A DNA stretch of 63,074 nt, filler included, from Intoshia linei (Eukaryota; Animalia; Orthonectida): the NCBI GenBank assembly GCA_001642005.1. It is 5 parts of 5 records of this genome, joined end to end, with 100 filler letters (N's around TTAATTAATTAA, not from the genome) between each part and the next. Parts side by side here need not be neighbours in the genome. Positions count along the whole stretch, not along the records: positions 1 to 5,194 come from LWCA01001823.1; positions 5,295 to 12,019 come from LWCA01001644.1; positions 12,120 to 19,192 come from LWCA01001687.1; 2 more parts are not named here. The stretch is one strand, 5' to 3'. The notes beneath the pieces were generated by a model. The model searched no databases. It was given only the letters and a program-made list of their open reading frames with translations, and was not told the origin of the DNA. A program made the position numbers and the translations under genes. This document shows, piece after piece, positions 1 to 13,860 of this stretch. Within the stretch, counting starts at the first letter, position 1. Every line of letters starts with the position of its first letter.

Positions 1-138
1 ATTTAGATGTATTAAAATATCGTTAATTATTATATTAATATTTTTTAAGTGAAGTCAACTTATATATTTTTTTAAGTGTGTAAAAAAAAATGTCAAGTGT
101 GTATTTTTTACACGCAAACACGTACTTTGCCATCACTG
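1..138 (-). mobile_element. Terminus of a hAT-like non-autonomous element, cut by the window/contig edge
   Basis: The reverse complement of 1-138 is nearly identical to 5059-5194. Both begin CAGTGATGGCAAAGTACG (a hAT-type CAGTG end) and both break at the same internal base. Confidence 0.75.
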
Positions 139-256
139 TGGCACTAACGCTGGTAACACTAAACTTAAAAATATATTATGACTCATACAAGCACTTTTTA
201 ATGAAATTTTTTGAAACCTATGTTAACTTGAACAAAGACCCAAAGTATGAAAATAT

Positions 257-1140
257 GTGTTTGTAAGCTGTGTAAAAAAATGTGCAAAAAAACCTGGTAC
301 CGGATACAGTAATTTAAAATCTCATTTGAGCGTTTCACATCCGAATTACAAAAAATTAGCTCTAGAAATGAATTCAGAAAGTATATTAGAATACTTAGAA
401 TTAGAAATGAGTTGTGACGAGAAATGGGTGGAATGGATCGTTATAAAATATCTACCTCTAAATTTCTGTAAAAAAAAATTAGTTCGTCAAAATACTAAAT
501 TGAAACCAATATGTGTTAATACTCTAAAATCCGAAATGTCCACGTTGATAAAAAATGTAGAACAGTCAATTTTAAATATTTTGCCTGAGTCTTTCGGATT
601 AGTTGGTGACGGATGGTGTTACGGTGGAACACATTTCGTTAGTTGTTTTGCTGTGTTTGATTCTTATCTATCGCCAATACTGTTTTTATTTTCACCTCTA
701 ACTGACGAAGAAAACTTGTCTGTGTGTAGCAATATTGAATTTTTATCAGAGGCAGTAGAAAAGTACAACAAAACATATAAGAATATAATTTTTTTAGTTG
801 GTGATAATTGCTCAACTAACAAAAGTATTGCAAAGAAAATGTTAAAACATTTTTTGGGTTGTAGCAGTCACAGATTTAATTTGGCAATGAATCTTTTTTT
901 ACAAAACAAAAAAGTATTAATTTATACAATACTAAAAATTATCCACAATAAAATGCTGTGCCTTATTGAAAAAATACACACACCTAAAAGCAATTATAAT
1001 AAATGAAACTCGCTGGAGTAGTTGTTATGAAATGATAGAGCCTTTGAATGATATTTCCAATGAAAAGTTATACAGTTCTGGTTTGATAAATTTTCTATTA
1101 AATCCTAATGAAAATGATGAAATTTTGGAATTTTTCAAAT
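257..1140 (+). pseudogene. Degenerate hAT-family transposase
   Basis: ORF 257-1006 has a BED-finger-like segment (C..C...SNLKSHL..SH), DGW, GDNCSTN and CxxH (GCSSHRFNL). After a frameshift near 960 another frame reads NETRWSSCYEMIE (the hAT TRWxS motif), then decays. Confidence 0.85.
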
Positions 1141-1633
1141 AACATGCACATAGCAGTCAACTAATTAAAAATAAATTGAATTAAAATATATCATACATTA
1201 GAGTGCAACACATTTTCATTATAACTTTACTCATAAAACTGCCTGTGTCACCATTTATTTTTAAGTGATTGTTTCAATAGTTTCCAAGTTACAAATTCTA
1301 TCAATTTTTTTCAGAGGAAAAAGTACAATAAATTTAAATATTAAAAAATGGCATATTTATGGTCAAAACTGAAATTACCTATTATTTAACAAAACCAAGT
1401 TCAACTATTCAAATTCATGGCTAATGCATTTGGGAAGGGTGAATAGCAACCGATTAAAAAAATTCATGATAAACCTTTAAATTTAAAAAAGGCATATACG
1501 TGCTGAAATTGCTTTTACCCATTGAAAAAAGTGCACACTTTAGTATAAATATGTAATATGAATGGTAATTGTTATTTCATATCTTTGTCGAGTCCTATTT
1601 TTACAATTATTAAATTAAAATTTAGTAATTACA

Positions 1634-2774
1634 TCATACGTCTAGTCCAGTGATTCTCTTCGTGGGGCGTGCGCCCCACGTGTGGTGCTTGTGAATATTT
1701 GGTTGAGCTTTAAAAATTTTAAATAACAAAATAATTGATTAGTTATCAATGATCATTGACCACATCACATTGTATCAGGAATTTGTCACATTTCACTTTA
1801 AAGTTATAACTTACCGGGTAAAGTTACAACAATGATAATTTTTGAACAAGAAAAACGAAACTTTGGTAATTCGTATATTTTTGATAAACCAAAAATATTT
1901 ACACCAAAGTCAAAAATCACAAATGAATTCGGTTTATTGTATATTAAATTTCAATTTTACCCCAGTTTGTTTCGCAGTAATATATAAACATAAAAAAATA
2001 TGTTAGGACACCACATAGACCATATTTATTATAAATTGTGGCGAGCGTAGAAATTTCGTAAGGATAAAAGTGGGGTAATACACTAAAAAGGTTAGGAAAC
2101 ACTGGTCTAGTCTATTATTTGTTTGTGTGTGTTACCGTTTATTTCAATAACTACCAGTCTTAGAATTTTATAAAGTCCATATTTGAATTACTGTTTTATC
2201 AGGGGGTGTTAGAAAAATAAATTTTAACCTCCCAAACTCACATCTTACCGGTCAAAAAGCCCAATTGTTTTTTTTTTTGAAAATGAAACGAATTCGAAAA
2301 TTTAAAAAAATATACACTCTGATACAGATTTTAAAATCATAAATATTATCATAACTTTAATTATAAAAAAAATATATCTGCAGAGCCAAAACCACAAATT
2401 ACTCCTCTTTAATTTAATGAAAACAACCCTAAATTACAGGTAGTACAGTTGTATCCTGTTAATACACATAAAAATTTTAATCTGAATAAGTTACGCCTTC
2501 ACAGTTAAAAAAGAATTTTAGTATTCATATATTTTTTTTCCGAAATATGTTATTAAAACAAAAACTGTGAAATAGTTAACAGTCCGAAAATTAAAAAAAA
2601 GATTATTCTGATAGAGCTTATTCCACTTGATATAAATACAAAATTGTGTAAAGGATTGATAATAGTGAATAGTAGCATTTTATATTTGAATTTATTTATT
2701 TGGTAGAATTATAAACGTTCGCCCTTAACAGAAATAGGCGTTGTTTGTACGAAGTACATATTAGTAAATTCTAG
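1634..2774 (+). mobile_element. Non-autonomous Helitron copy, interrupted near its 5' end by the hAT MITE
   Basis: A|TC 5' end, a (TG)n tract, and a body shared with the copies at 6100, 16921, 30620 and 62881. A 3' hairpin TGTAC-GAA-GTACA precedes CTAG|T at 2771-2775. Confidence 0.7.
1648..2104. mobile_element. hAT MITE with perfect 8-bp TSD GTCTAGTC
   Basis: Starts CAGTGATTCTC and ends GGAAACACTG. GTCTAGTC is present at 1640-1647 and 2105-2112. Confidence 0.85.
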
Positions 2775-2949
2775 TTTATTATAAATGTTTATCAAGACAG
2801 CTGAAAATAAACATGTTAAAATAATCTTGAAGAAGAATTCATACATCTTTTTATAAATTGATTTGTCCGTGTGTATGTATGATAAATATATATCCGTATT
2901 TGTTTTAATTATTAAGAAAATTAAATTTATCGACATGTACTGGGGTAAT

Positions 2950-3500
2950 CAGTGATCACCATATTCTAAGATTGTTTAAATATATAATAATAGTAATAGT
3001 AATTATAATAAATTATAGTAATAAAATAAAATGAATATATACAATTTTACATAATAGTATTTTCTTTAGGCTGGAAGGGACGACTATTTGAAGTACAAAT
3101 TGTCAGAATACTATAAATTTTTAAATCGAAAAGGAATTGAACCATTCATTAGATATAAATGCCCTGGACACATGTCAGCAGCTCGTTGGAACTCAAAAGC
3201 ATTATATTGTTTGACGGTTTCCTTTTAAATGTATTTAGAAACCAAAAAATGATTGAAACATGTGATTTCATATCATTTTATTGGTTACCTGCTTTATTCA
3301 AATGTCGATATGAATCTGTTATGAATTTGGGTGAGATTTAAAATTATATTCAAGAAAAATATAATAGAGCTAATAGTTGTATAAGACATTGCTAAGATAC
3401 CAAAGCCAATTGGATTTACTTATACAAACAAAATTTCTGAAAGGAGTATTGCCTGTTTATCTTTATATCTTAAATCTGCCAGAACCGATGAAAAATAAGA
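2950..3500 (+). pseudogene. hATm-type transposase relic
   Basis: Fragments read DHHILRL (cf. CxHHIxEL), CPGHMSAARWNSKALYCL (cf. PGAxHxARWMxKAIY) and TNKISERSI (cf. VNDxAERGV). The frames are broken. Confidence 0.65.
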
Positions 3501-3813
3501 AAATTTAGTTCTTTATAAATTCAACTCTATAATATAATGTATTTACAATAATAAATTTAATATAGAGTTTTATGATTTTTTAAGTCATATTTGCAACAAT
3601 AAAGTCAATACAGAAGTTTATAATATAGAAATTAATATTAATTTGAAACATTAATTATGCAAAACCATTAGAGAATTTTAAGAATTGTTAACATTAAATT
3701 GTTTAAGAACATTTTTATTTTTACAAACTTATTCTATAATTATTTCTTCTCTTTCACATTTTAATAGATATAATAATATATTCCGGTAAAAACTAAAACA
3801 ATGATGTTGTGGA

Positions 3814-4291
3814 CAGAGCCGTTTTAAGGCATGGGCAATATGGGCTGTAGCCCAGGGCCACTCATTAAAAAATTCCCCAAAATTAATAAAAGTACTTCAC
3901 ACATATATCTTAAAAAGAGGCCACAATTGATTAAAAAATACTTCACATTTATATCTTAAGAAGCAGTTTATAAGTATGAAGTAAGGGAATTCAAATACCT
4001 AGAAAGAAAATAGTTTAAAGAATCAAAGTTCTGGTAAATATTTAATTTAAAATATATTCTACAATGTGCATCATATAATATTGACATAAAAACTGTTTCA
4101 AATGATAATATTAAACATTAAAACCTTTCTATTAAGTAAATATTAAAAAAATATAGTATGAAATCTTTGATTTTCTCTTATTCCTTTTCAAAAAAGGGGC
4201 CCTAAATTTTTTTTATCGCTTCGCTCAAAACTCAGAGGGCCTCCGGCCTGTTGATTAGCCCAGGGCCACGAAATGGCTTAAGACAGCTCTG
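3814..4291. mobile_element. hAT-like MITE; second copy at ~53195-53709
   Basis: TIRs CAGAGCCGTTTTAAG / CTTAAGACAGCTCTG, subterminal TAGCCCAGGGCC repeats, and a degenerate 8-bp TSD GTTGTGGA/GTTGTATA. Confidence 0.8.
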
Positions 4292-4824
4292 GTTGTATAA
4301 TCAGCACTTTATGGACATATTTCAAGTGAATTGTACCAATATTGGTAAGGATTGTAATAAATATAAAAATAATAATAACAAAGTTGTATTAATTTTAGTA
4401 ATCATTGTTGTAGTTTTAATTTAAATTTTATACAAAATGTTTTAAAAATGAGAATTTGAGATTTAACCTCTACGAGACTAATCTGATTTTCAAAATTGAT
4501 AGCAAAAAAATTCACTTTTGAAATGTTAAAAAAGACAAAAATTTAAAGCTTAAAATTTAAAAATTCAAATGTCATTGATTTGTAAAGTGAACAACTTAAA
4601 TTTGGCTTTAATATTTGGCTAAGAATTAGCAATAAAATAAATTTAATTTATGACACGTAATTATAATCACGTCGCGTGATTGTATTTTATTAGAATAGAA
4701 TTTATTTTATTGTTGACATAAAGTAAACATCGATAATAAAATTAATTTTTACGCATATGACATGTTATTGTATGAGCAGTAATTTGTTCATAATTTATAT
4801 TGGTACTGCCTAATTTTGGTTTGT

Positions 4825-4912
4825 ATACAAACCAATGTAAATTTATGAGTGTAGTTTTTGAAATCTATACAAACCAATGTAAATTTATGAGTATAGTTTT
4901 TCGCATCTATAC
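4825..4912. repeat. Short tandem repeat, ~42-bp unit x2
   Basis: TATACAAACCAATGTAAATTTATGAGT(G/A)TAGTTTTT is repeated. Confidence 0.7.
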
Positions 4913-5058
4913 ATGCAATTGTCTCGTAAGGGTTAAAAATTACGTAGCAGTGAAAAAAATTCCGAAAGAATGAATTATATAGATTTTTACCCATATTTCT
5001 TTATTGGAAACGAGTAGACGTTCAATGCACATTTTTTTTTAAATTGTAAGATATATAT

Positions 5059-5194
5059 CAGTGATGGCAAAGTACGTGTTTGCGTGTAAAAAATACACAC
5101 TTGACTCTTTTTTTACACACTTAAAAAAATATATAAGTGTCTTCACTTAAAAAATATTAATATAATAATTAATGATATTTTAATACATCTAAAT
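5059..5194 (+). mobile_element. Terminus of the same hAT-like element as 1-138, running into the gap
   Basis: Near-identical to the reverse complement of 1-138. Confidence 0.75.
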
Positions 5195-5294
5195 NNNNNN
5201 NNNNNNNNNNNNNNNNNNNNNNNNNNNNNNNNNNNNNNTTAATTAATTAANNNNNNNNNNNNNNNNNNNNNNNNNNNNNNNNNNNNNNNNNNNN
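5195..5294. other. Scaffold gap with artificial TTAATTAATTAA linker (also 12020-12119, 19193-19292, 48618-48717)
   Basis: Four identical 100-nt N blocks, each with a central linker that gives stops in all six frames. Confidence 0.95.
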
Positions 5295-6099
5295 AACTAT
5301 TGTTTCCATGATTTATCGTAATTTTTTCAAGATAATAAAGTATTTTCGATTTTTTTCCTGATTTTAATTAATTAAAACGAAGAAACTAATAATACAAAAA
5401 AAACTACACTCAATTGCCTCGAATCTGCATAACATTTTACATATTTTCATACAAAAATTATAAAAATTAATCAATTAGAACAAACACAGTTCAATTTTTT
5501 AACTCGGCTTCTAGAGAGTTCATATTACTTTTTTTTATTAAAATGTGTTTAAAACGTTAATAACTGAATTTCAACATGGACACTCAGATTTTCATATTTA
5601 AAATAAATTTATCGTTATTATAAATGTTAGTATTTTTAAATTTGACCAATATTACAAAAACATCTTTTTAAGGAAAAATCACCCTGTGAGGTTAAATATT
5701 AAATTTTTTCAGACCAAATTTGGTATATGTTTTAGTGGGTCATACATTAATCATATCCATCTTTAAAAAAAAAATGGCGCCAATTAAGAAAAAAAGGAAA
5801 AAGAGCGCGAAAACCTTAAAATTCAAAAAGGGTACACATCTTTAAGGTCATTTTTTCTAAAATTTTATTTTTATGGGTTTTAAAGTACCCTCTTCAATCT
5901 AGGGGTGGATTTTTTTCGAATCGAAAATTTTGTAAAAAATGAACAGTCCTAATATACATGAGTACATGAGTAGTATATATGTAAATCTTCTCGAAGTTAT
6001 ATTTCAAATAATTTAGTGATGAAATACGAATATACCTTATATAGAATCGAAATATTATATTGTTAACTACTTACTAATATTTTTTAAAATTTTTAGTTG

Positions 6100-6760
6100 T
6101 CCTTACTTATTATTAATATATGCTACGGAATATTTGTTTGTGTGTGTGTTACCGTTTATTTCAATAACTACCAGTCATAAAATGTTATAATGTCCACATT
6201 TCAAGTAAGTAATAATAAATAAATTTCAAGCTCCCAAACTCACATCTTACGAGTCAAAAAGCCCAGTTGTTTTTTTTTGAAAATCAAACGAGTTCGAGAA
6301 TTTAAAAAAATAAATACTCTGATACGGATTTTAAAATCATAAATATTATAAATTTAAATTTAAAAAAATATACATCTTCATGGCCAAAACCCCAATTTAT
6401 CCTTTTTTTTTAATGAAAACAGCCCTATATTTTAAAAAAAATTACAAGTGGTATAGTTGTATCCTGTTAACACACACAAAAAATTTCAATCTTAATAAGT
6501 TACGTATTCACGGTCAAAAAAGCATTTTAGTATTCATATATTTTTAGAAAAAAAATATAAACTGTCCGAAAATTAAAAAAAAAGATTATTCTGATAGAGC
6601 TTATTCCAGTTTGATATAAATACAAATTTTCAATACTAAAATCTACGCATTCCCGGTGAAAAATAATTTTTAATATATTATCAATCACTATTTTTCAAAT
6701 ATTTCGATTAAATTAAAAATTGAAAATGTAAATATTGATCCTACAATTTCAAAAAAAAAG
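6100..6760 (+). mobile_element. Non-autonomous Helitron copy (5' part)
   Basis: High similarity to 2113-2645 and 30620-31420. Confidence 0.7.
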
Positions 6761-7154
6761 TGCCCGTCTACACATTTCAAATAAATATCTATAATATAAA
6801 TAATCTATAAATAAAACGATAGTTTGATTCTTTCAATTGTGATCTCTTTAATGGTTATCTTGTTTCTCTGACGTGAGAAACTGAAATTAATAATAATATT
6901 TAATATTTAATAATAATACTAAATATAATAATTGTTAAGGGTTAATTAGTTCAGAATTAAATTTTTAAAATATTTAAAACATTATTTTGCTATAGTCATA
7001 TCATCTTCATATCTTAAATATTAATATTTAAAATATTTATTAGAAATTGTTTGATGGATAAAGGGTAATTTTTGGCAATTTTATGGAAAAATCCTAAATT
7101 CAATATGAATTTTTTTATTTTATTAGGTGCAAATTTAATATGATATTGTTAATA

Positions 7155-8069
7155 TTAATTAGTGCAACCGACCTGGAGTATATAAATTATGTCAAAAAAT
7201 TTTTTCATTGTGTTTAGCAACAACGTAAAAATCTTTGTAACACGATAAAAAAAAATGTTTTTTGTTGTTTAGTGTAATCAAATGAATAGAAAAATTTACT
7301 TGCACATTGATGACGATAAAAATTTATGTTTCCATATGTTGGACATTCTATTAGTACGGTAGATAAACCATTTTTAAAATATTCATTATTTGGACAATTC
7401 AATACAAGATTTCTTTCAAATATATTCTTAATATTGGCCTTTTCCAGTGTAGGAAATTGGTTTAAGAATTGTGGACATTTTTTTTTTATAGCTAATATAA
7501 TAATATAATATGAATTTATACATTAATAAAACAATGGCAAGTTATTCGAAATGTAGGTTGATAGTTAACAGTCTCATTGGAGCATTTCACCAAATCATGT
7601 ACATAATTGTTTGATAAAATGTATCCAGCGTTACATTGTATGACAATTACATTTTTAATCTTTTTAGAAATTGCATGAGATGTACCATTTTCGATTATTA
7701 AACAGGGGCCTAAATAAAAAATTATATTTAGTGTGAATCACTGGGTATTAAAATATTCAAAAAAATAAGATTTTTTTAAATTACCATGCTGGCAAATATC
7801 TCCAGTGTAAAGATAATGACAATCACAGTAAGGTAAGTTGTTTACTATGATGCAATTGGAATTGTTTAAACACAAATTATGACACGCTAGTAAATATTGA
7901 TAAATGACAGGATTAACATTTTATTATTTTTATATTAATAATAAATGTTTTATAAAAATTTTACTTTTGTCACAATTAGACCCGTAGAAATCTTTTTCGC
8001 ATTCACATACGTTACCACTTGCTACAGTTTTGCATTTTCCATGTTTACAATTATAGAAACAGTAGTCTT
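7155..8069 (-). CDS. Extracellular protein with two EGF-like and two sushi/CCP-like cysteine modules; both ends uncertain
   Basis: Phase-1 exons: 8069-7965 (CFYNCKHGKCKTVASGNVCECEKDFYGSNCD), 7886-7785 (CHNLCLNNSNCIIVNNLPYCDCHYLYTGDICQ), 7709-~7533 (PCLIIENG...IQCNAGYIL...C...C) and ~7491-7300 (CPQ...LNCPNNEYF...IECP...C), joined by GT-AG introns. Confidence 0.7.
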
Positions 8070-8408
8070 CTAAAATTTAGTAAATATAATATTATTACAT
8101 TGGCTCTTATGACACTAACATTAGGTTGTGCACTTTCGATACGTTTGTTTGAATTATAAAAAGTATTGTTAGTAGGCATGTGTGTCGGAAAAATATTAAT
8201 TATTATTATTTATCGCATAGTACTACTTTACCTACAGTATAGTATAGTACACCAAGTATAGGTGGTAACATAGGTGGATATAATAGTAGGTTACAGTATT
8301 TAGTATGAGTTGAATACTAAATTTTTTTTATAATTATCGCTTTAAGAATGAATGTTTTTATTAAGTAATTAATAATTCTGTTGCACACAATAATGTCGTA
8401 AATGATAA

Positions 8409-8850
8409 ATGTCGAATAAAACTGTCCAACAAATTTTAGACAAACTCAGTGAAACTTTGAAAGACCTTATTATTTTATATCTATTTTTTACGTTTCTAAA
8501 AGAATGTATAAAATGGATTGGCCCATATGCACATAAGATATTTTTTAAATATATGGTAAAAAATAGACATAAATTGTTAGCTATTTTAATTTATATAAGT
8601 AAGGATTAATACTTGTTTCGCAAAGGTAACCATAATAATTTGCATTACAGAAACAATAATATATATTTTTTCTCTTTGAGTCAGATAGATAATTCAGAGA
8701 CTCTGACTTACATATTCCATTTTGACACGAACGACGGCAATCTATGTTATAAGATTGTTTACATTTATATGTTAAATATATTATTATAATATGTAAGACT
8801 ATTTAATTCAGCCGTGTCGGATTCAAATACGTGGACCGCATTAATTAGAA
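8409..8850 (+). CDS. Possible small multi-exon gene of unknown function
   Basis: ATG at 8409 in AAAATG-like context. Exon-like segments (KWIGPYAHKIFFKYM; IDNSETLTYIFHFDTNDGNLCYKI) are flanked by GT/AG. No family recognised. Confidence 0.25.
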
Positions 8851-11165
8851 AATTTTTCAGCCTCAACATTGGAAACCGTTATAATATGAATCGATATTGT
8901 TTGTTAAATACAAAATGTATATTTGAAAGTTACGTCAAATTGCATTTCGAAATAAAAATTCACACAGTTCGTAAAAAAAAGGTTAAAAAAAAAAAATTGT
9001 AATACCAAATATAATTTGTAGAATAGATTTTGTAAATATAAAATAGCTAGAATAGTGAAAACTAACATTAATTATATTGTTAATTTTATCGTAATTTCAA
9101 CTTATTTTTAAATCAATAAGTGATAGGTGTTACTATGATATCATCAAATTATATACAATTTTATATAATAAAAGGTGTAGTGTAGAAACTTAGCAAATTA
9201 CCCTCCTAATTTTGTATAATATACATTTTAAACAATACTAGTTTTACTGTGATACATAAAATTGTATTTTTCATGTTACAAATCATTTCATTTTAATAGT
9301 GTTAATTAGAATATATATATTTTGAAAAAATCAAGTTAATACGAAAGTAGACATATTATTACATATGCCAAATATCTATAGTTTATTTTAATTTAATTAA
9401 AAAAAAATAATAATTAATTTTTAATTTTTTCATGAAATTGTATATATATTAGTGCGACGATATTTAATTCGTACTATTATTTTTTTATTAGTAACCATAA
9501 TAGCATCTCAATAAATGATGATAAATTTATAAAGAACATTGGATGAAAAGTTAAGATAAAAATTATATAATTAATGATAGAATCTATTATATTATTAATA
9601 AATAATTGTTGATAATATTTAATTATATTTTAAGTTTTTATTAAAATTATATCGATTTTTTGGCATTGTTCAAAATATAAAAAATTTAAACTTTATTTGA
9701 TATAATTCAGTGAAATTTTCACTGAAGAATGTTATTGTTATTTTTCACGTTTTAATTAGTACGAATTGGAGTACGTAATCATGTTATTTTCATTTCGTAC
9801 TTATTGTATAAATTCGTACTTATGGTCGTACTATTTACATATATTCGTATATATACATATGTATATTTGTAAATAACTTCACCATATCAACCGTTACACC
9901 GATAACATTTTCACATATTCAATTAAGTGTCTAATTATCGTTTTTGCTAATTTTTATCAAAATTGAAGATGGTCAAGTTACTACTTACTCATATATACTT
10001 ATAGTTACTAATATGTCGTTTTGACATGGAATTAATCTAAAATTTTTCTTTTAAATTAGAAGATAAATACATTATAAACTATGATTAGCTCATGGTTGGT
10101 TTAAAAGTATTTTTACTGCTTATATATGAATAATATGTATTGCATATCCTTTACTTATACAATATTATAAAATTTAATGTCGCTGCTTAGCACAGTCTAT
10201 AGGACATTTCGTATGCGTACCATTACACAACCCAGCAATAAAAAATTGATCCCAGATAAAATTATACATTAATATTCTTTATTTTTTTACGATTACTATG
10301 ATATGCAGTAACAATCCATTTTATGTTGACTAAATATTTAACTAGTTTATCCATAATTACGTTTTAATGAAGAATGATTGAATATATCCTAATTTGTAAT
10401 TATTTAAGAAATGATAATATTACGGTTGTTGCAATGCAAATTAAACTTAAAAGAAGGCACTTTGTGTACATTTCAATCATTTATATAATAATATTAAATT
10501 CAAACGTAAAAAAATTAAAATTTTATTTTTTCAAATTCCAAATAAATGATCAAAAATATAAGGTCAATTTTTCAATATCACCTTATTGTTTACACATTTT
10601 AAACGTGTAAACTGTAAATAACCTAAAGATATTTATGATAAATATAATCGATATAAAACTTCAATTTATCTAATTATATCACTACGTAATATTAATAATA
10701 CAAAATTCAGAATATATACTTAAGAATTTTAAATATCAATATCAATTGATCACATACAAAATGTTTCAAATTGCCACAGTTCAATGCTTTTCAGACTGAA
10801 ACATTATTTATAAAAAATTAATAATAACTAATGATATTTGTATAATATTTGATCTATATTTTGATATTGATCAATTTTCAATTATTAATTCAATATACAT
10901 TTAAATATATATGTATTAACTTGATTGTTCTTCGTACAAACAGTAGCTAAATCTGCCCAAGGCAGAATTTTTCAAATTTACCAAATAAAAAATGTTACAT
11001 AAACATTAGGGTAGTTTATTTTAGTGTTTTTTTGAACTTCGAAAAATATTTTTGCATACCATCCCCATTTTGTACAAGTAGGAGCATACACCAAAAAAAT
11101 TTTTTTCATAATTTGATTTTTTTGTTTTCTACTGTATTTTTCTATTATTTTCTATGACAACCTGT

Positions 11166-11325
11166 ATAAGGTTTTGCTTAGATTCTAAGCAGATTGTTGA
11201 AGAATTTTTTGAATTGGTACCTATGAAAGTGAATTGCACTGGAAAATATATCTTTGATGCAATAATGAAAATAATCTCAAAAGCAAATCTTAACATACGT
11301 AAACTTGTTGGGTTGTTAATTTAAA
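11166..11325 (+). pseudogene. hAT (Buster/SPIN-like) transposase fragment
   Basis: Reads IRFCLDSKQIVEEFFELVPMKVNCTGKYIFDAIMKIISKANLNIRKLVG, matching the region just before the TTDGA motif of Buster/SPIN/GTF2IRD2-type transposases. Confidence 0.65.
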
Positions 11326-13689
11326 TGTAAAAATAAGGTTATTTTTATTACATATAGCTTCATTATAAGTGAAACTTTAAATGCTTACCACGAATTCAAT
11401 ATTAATTATTTTTATAAAATTTAAACAGCATTCTTTAAATGAAATAATTTTAATTGATATTTTTGCTATATGTTTCAATTTTAAAAAAAATTGACATCCT
11501 ATTGAGTATAATGTAACATTTTATTACAATAGTTAAACATTTATGAAAATAATATTGGCTATTTTGGACATTTTCTCACAAATTCTTGTCCGTGTTGGTG
11601 AAACCATTTATTGTAAACTAAAATATATATTTAAATATCATATAATTTCATAAATAGTAACTTTAGAATATATTTCTCGGTAATTATAATTGTCTTTCAA
11701 ACTATATTTCAAAATTTTCATTATAAAAAAAATTATAAATTATTGCATTTAATTAATTATGCATTGCCTTATTAAAAAAGTTTAAGGGTACCAACTGTGA
11801 AGTATGTTGGGAACCGGTGTAATAGTACAATAGAATACATTTATAAATATTCGTTTTTAAAAAATTTCTTTCGTCGGATAATATATTCTTCAACAACAAA
11901 AACGGATCTTTCAACAATTGATGATGAGGTTTGACAGTTCAATAGCTGCGGATAAGTTTTTGGTGATTTCATTTCACACATTATAATTGAAAATTGTAAA
12001 TTTATATTATTTTTTTAAANNNNNNNNNNNNNNNNNNNNNNNNNNNNNNNNNNNNNNNNNNNNTTAATTAATTAANNNNNNNNNNNNNNNNNNNNNNNNN
12101 NNNNNNNNNNNNNNNNNNNTAATAATATCCATTTAATTTGCTGCAGAATGATATACATTTTTCATTTTCGTCAGAAAAAACCCTGCGTCTTTACCTTTTT
12201 CTGTTTTCCTAACATTTTTTCTTTGTAGTTGCTATGAATTGGTTATAATTTTAAGATGTATTTAATTACACAGACCATATGACACTACTCATATTAATTA
12301 AATAAAATCAATAAAAAGTCGTTTATTTTAGACACAATTCACGGACAAATTTTTCGTAATTTTTATAAAGATTATATAATTTCAAAAAAAACATGACTTT
12401 ATATGAAATGGGTCAAAATATTTTAAATACGTCTGCTCAAATATTTTTTAAGTATTATTGTAAAAAAATAATTTTGTTAAGTTTATAATATTCGAGTAAA
12501 ACGAATTTAAAAATGATAAAATATAATTCATTACTTTTGTCAATATTTTATTACCGTAGATACTATTTTTATTTTTTAATATTTATTATATATTTTATTT
12601 TTTTACATAAGTACATTTTTACATAAAAAATTGGTACGAATTTAAATTAAATTGAATTTAACAAAAAAATATGAATTAAATTTTTTTATAGTTTTTAAAC
12701 ATATATTTTCAACTTTAATACAGTAGTTAATTTACTAACATTAATTAATGTCGAAAATGATCTTTCACAAGGTTCAATGGTCATTATTATACCATTTTAT
12801 TCAACAAAATATTTCAGACATTTTGTGTAAACTTTCAAATGATGAAATCATTTCAATATTCGACATTTTTAAAAGTTTTATAAATTGAGATAAATTGAAA
12901 ATTAGTTTTATTTAAATTTATATTATTATTATTTTTTTTATTAAACACAACGGATTATTAAAATTTTCATTAAACTAACTGAAAAATCATAAAATGATAA
13001 CTTTAAAATTTAAGACGCGGGGGTTTTTTGGATAAAAATTAAAAATATTAATATCATTCTGCAGCAAATTAAACGGCGCTTATTTTTTATATATCATTTT
13101 TAATATAGAAAAATGGAATAGCCCTAATGTACACCGTACATTGACGGTTTACATTTAAAAACATATTAATTATCATTTTTATTGTAGTCCGCATGCGNTA
13201 AAATTTAAGATGCGGGGGTTTTTTGGATAAAAATTAAAAATATTAATATCATTCTGCAGCAAATTAAACGGCGCTTATTTTCTATATATCATTTTGAAAT
13301 TAAAAAAATGGAATAGCTCTAATGTACACCGTACATTGACGGTTTACATTTAAAAACATATTAATTATCATTTTTATTGTAGTCCGCATGCGACCAGTAA
13401 GAATATACGTACACAGGCATTTTTCGGGCTTTAATATTAACATATTTGTAATTGTATTTCGAGAATGATAGATTTATCCAATATTGACAAGACCTTGACT
13501 TGTGAATATTGAAAAGTTTAACATTTGGAAGTTAAAGTTTAATATTAATATTTGGTCTTTTCCAAACAAAGAAAATACAATTTATTTTCATAGTAATTTT
13601 TACTTATCTATAGTAATTATTACTTCTTTCTAGTAATTAACGTAATTTTTTTGTAATTGTTTCAGGGCGCGAGGTCAATAAGATATGTA

Positions 13690-13860
13690 ATTTCTGGTTT
13701 AGATGGATATATTGCTTCCAGCTCAACCGACCCTTCCATAGCATCAATGATTCATCTATAAATATAATTCTAATGAAATATTATTATTGGGAAAATGTAG
13801 AAACTTCAGCAGTAGCATAAAAATTATATCTTTGAAAATCTGACAAAAAATACTGTAAAA
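13690..13860 (-). pseudogene. piggyBac transposase relic
   Basis: The minus strand reads MLLLKFLHF...IDESLMLWKGRLSWKQYI (then PSK after a 1-nt shift). This is the piggyBac first catalytic-Asp motif, with an internal deletion. Confidence 0.75.

Noticed and set aside
1-5194. Apparent 5.2-kb element with long terminal inverted repeats enclosing a transposase
   Set aside because: The CAGTG termini face outward from the enclosed DNA. These are two separate repeat copies at which the contig broke.
5195-5294. TTAATTAATTAA palindrome recurring four times
   Set aside because: It is always centred in identical N blocks, so it is a scaffolding linker and not biological.
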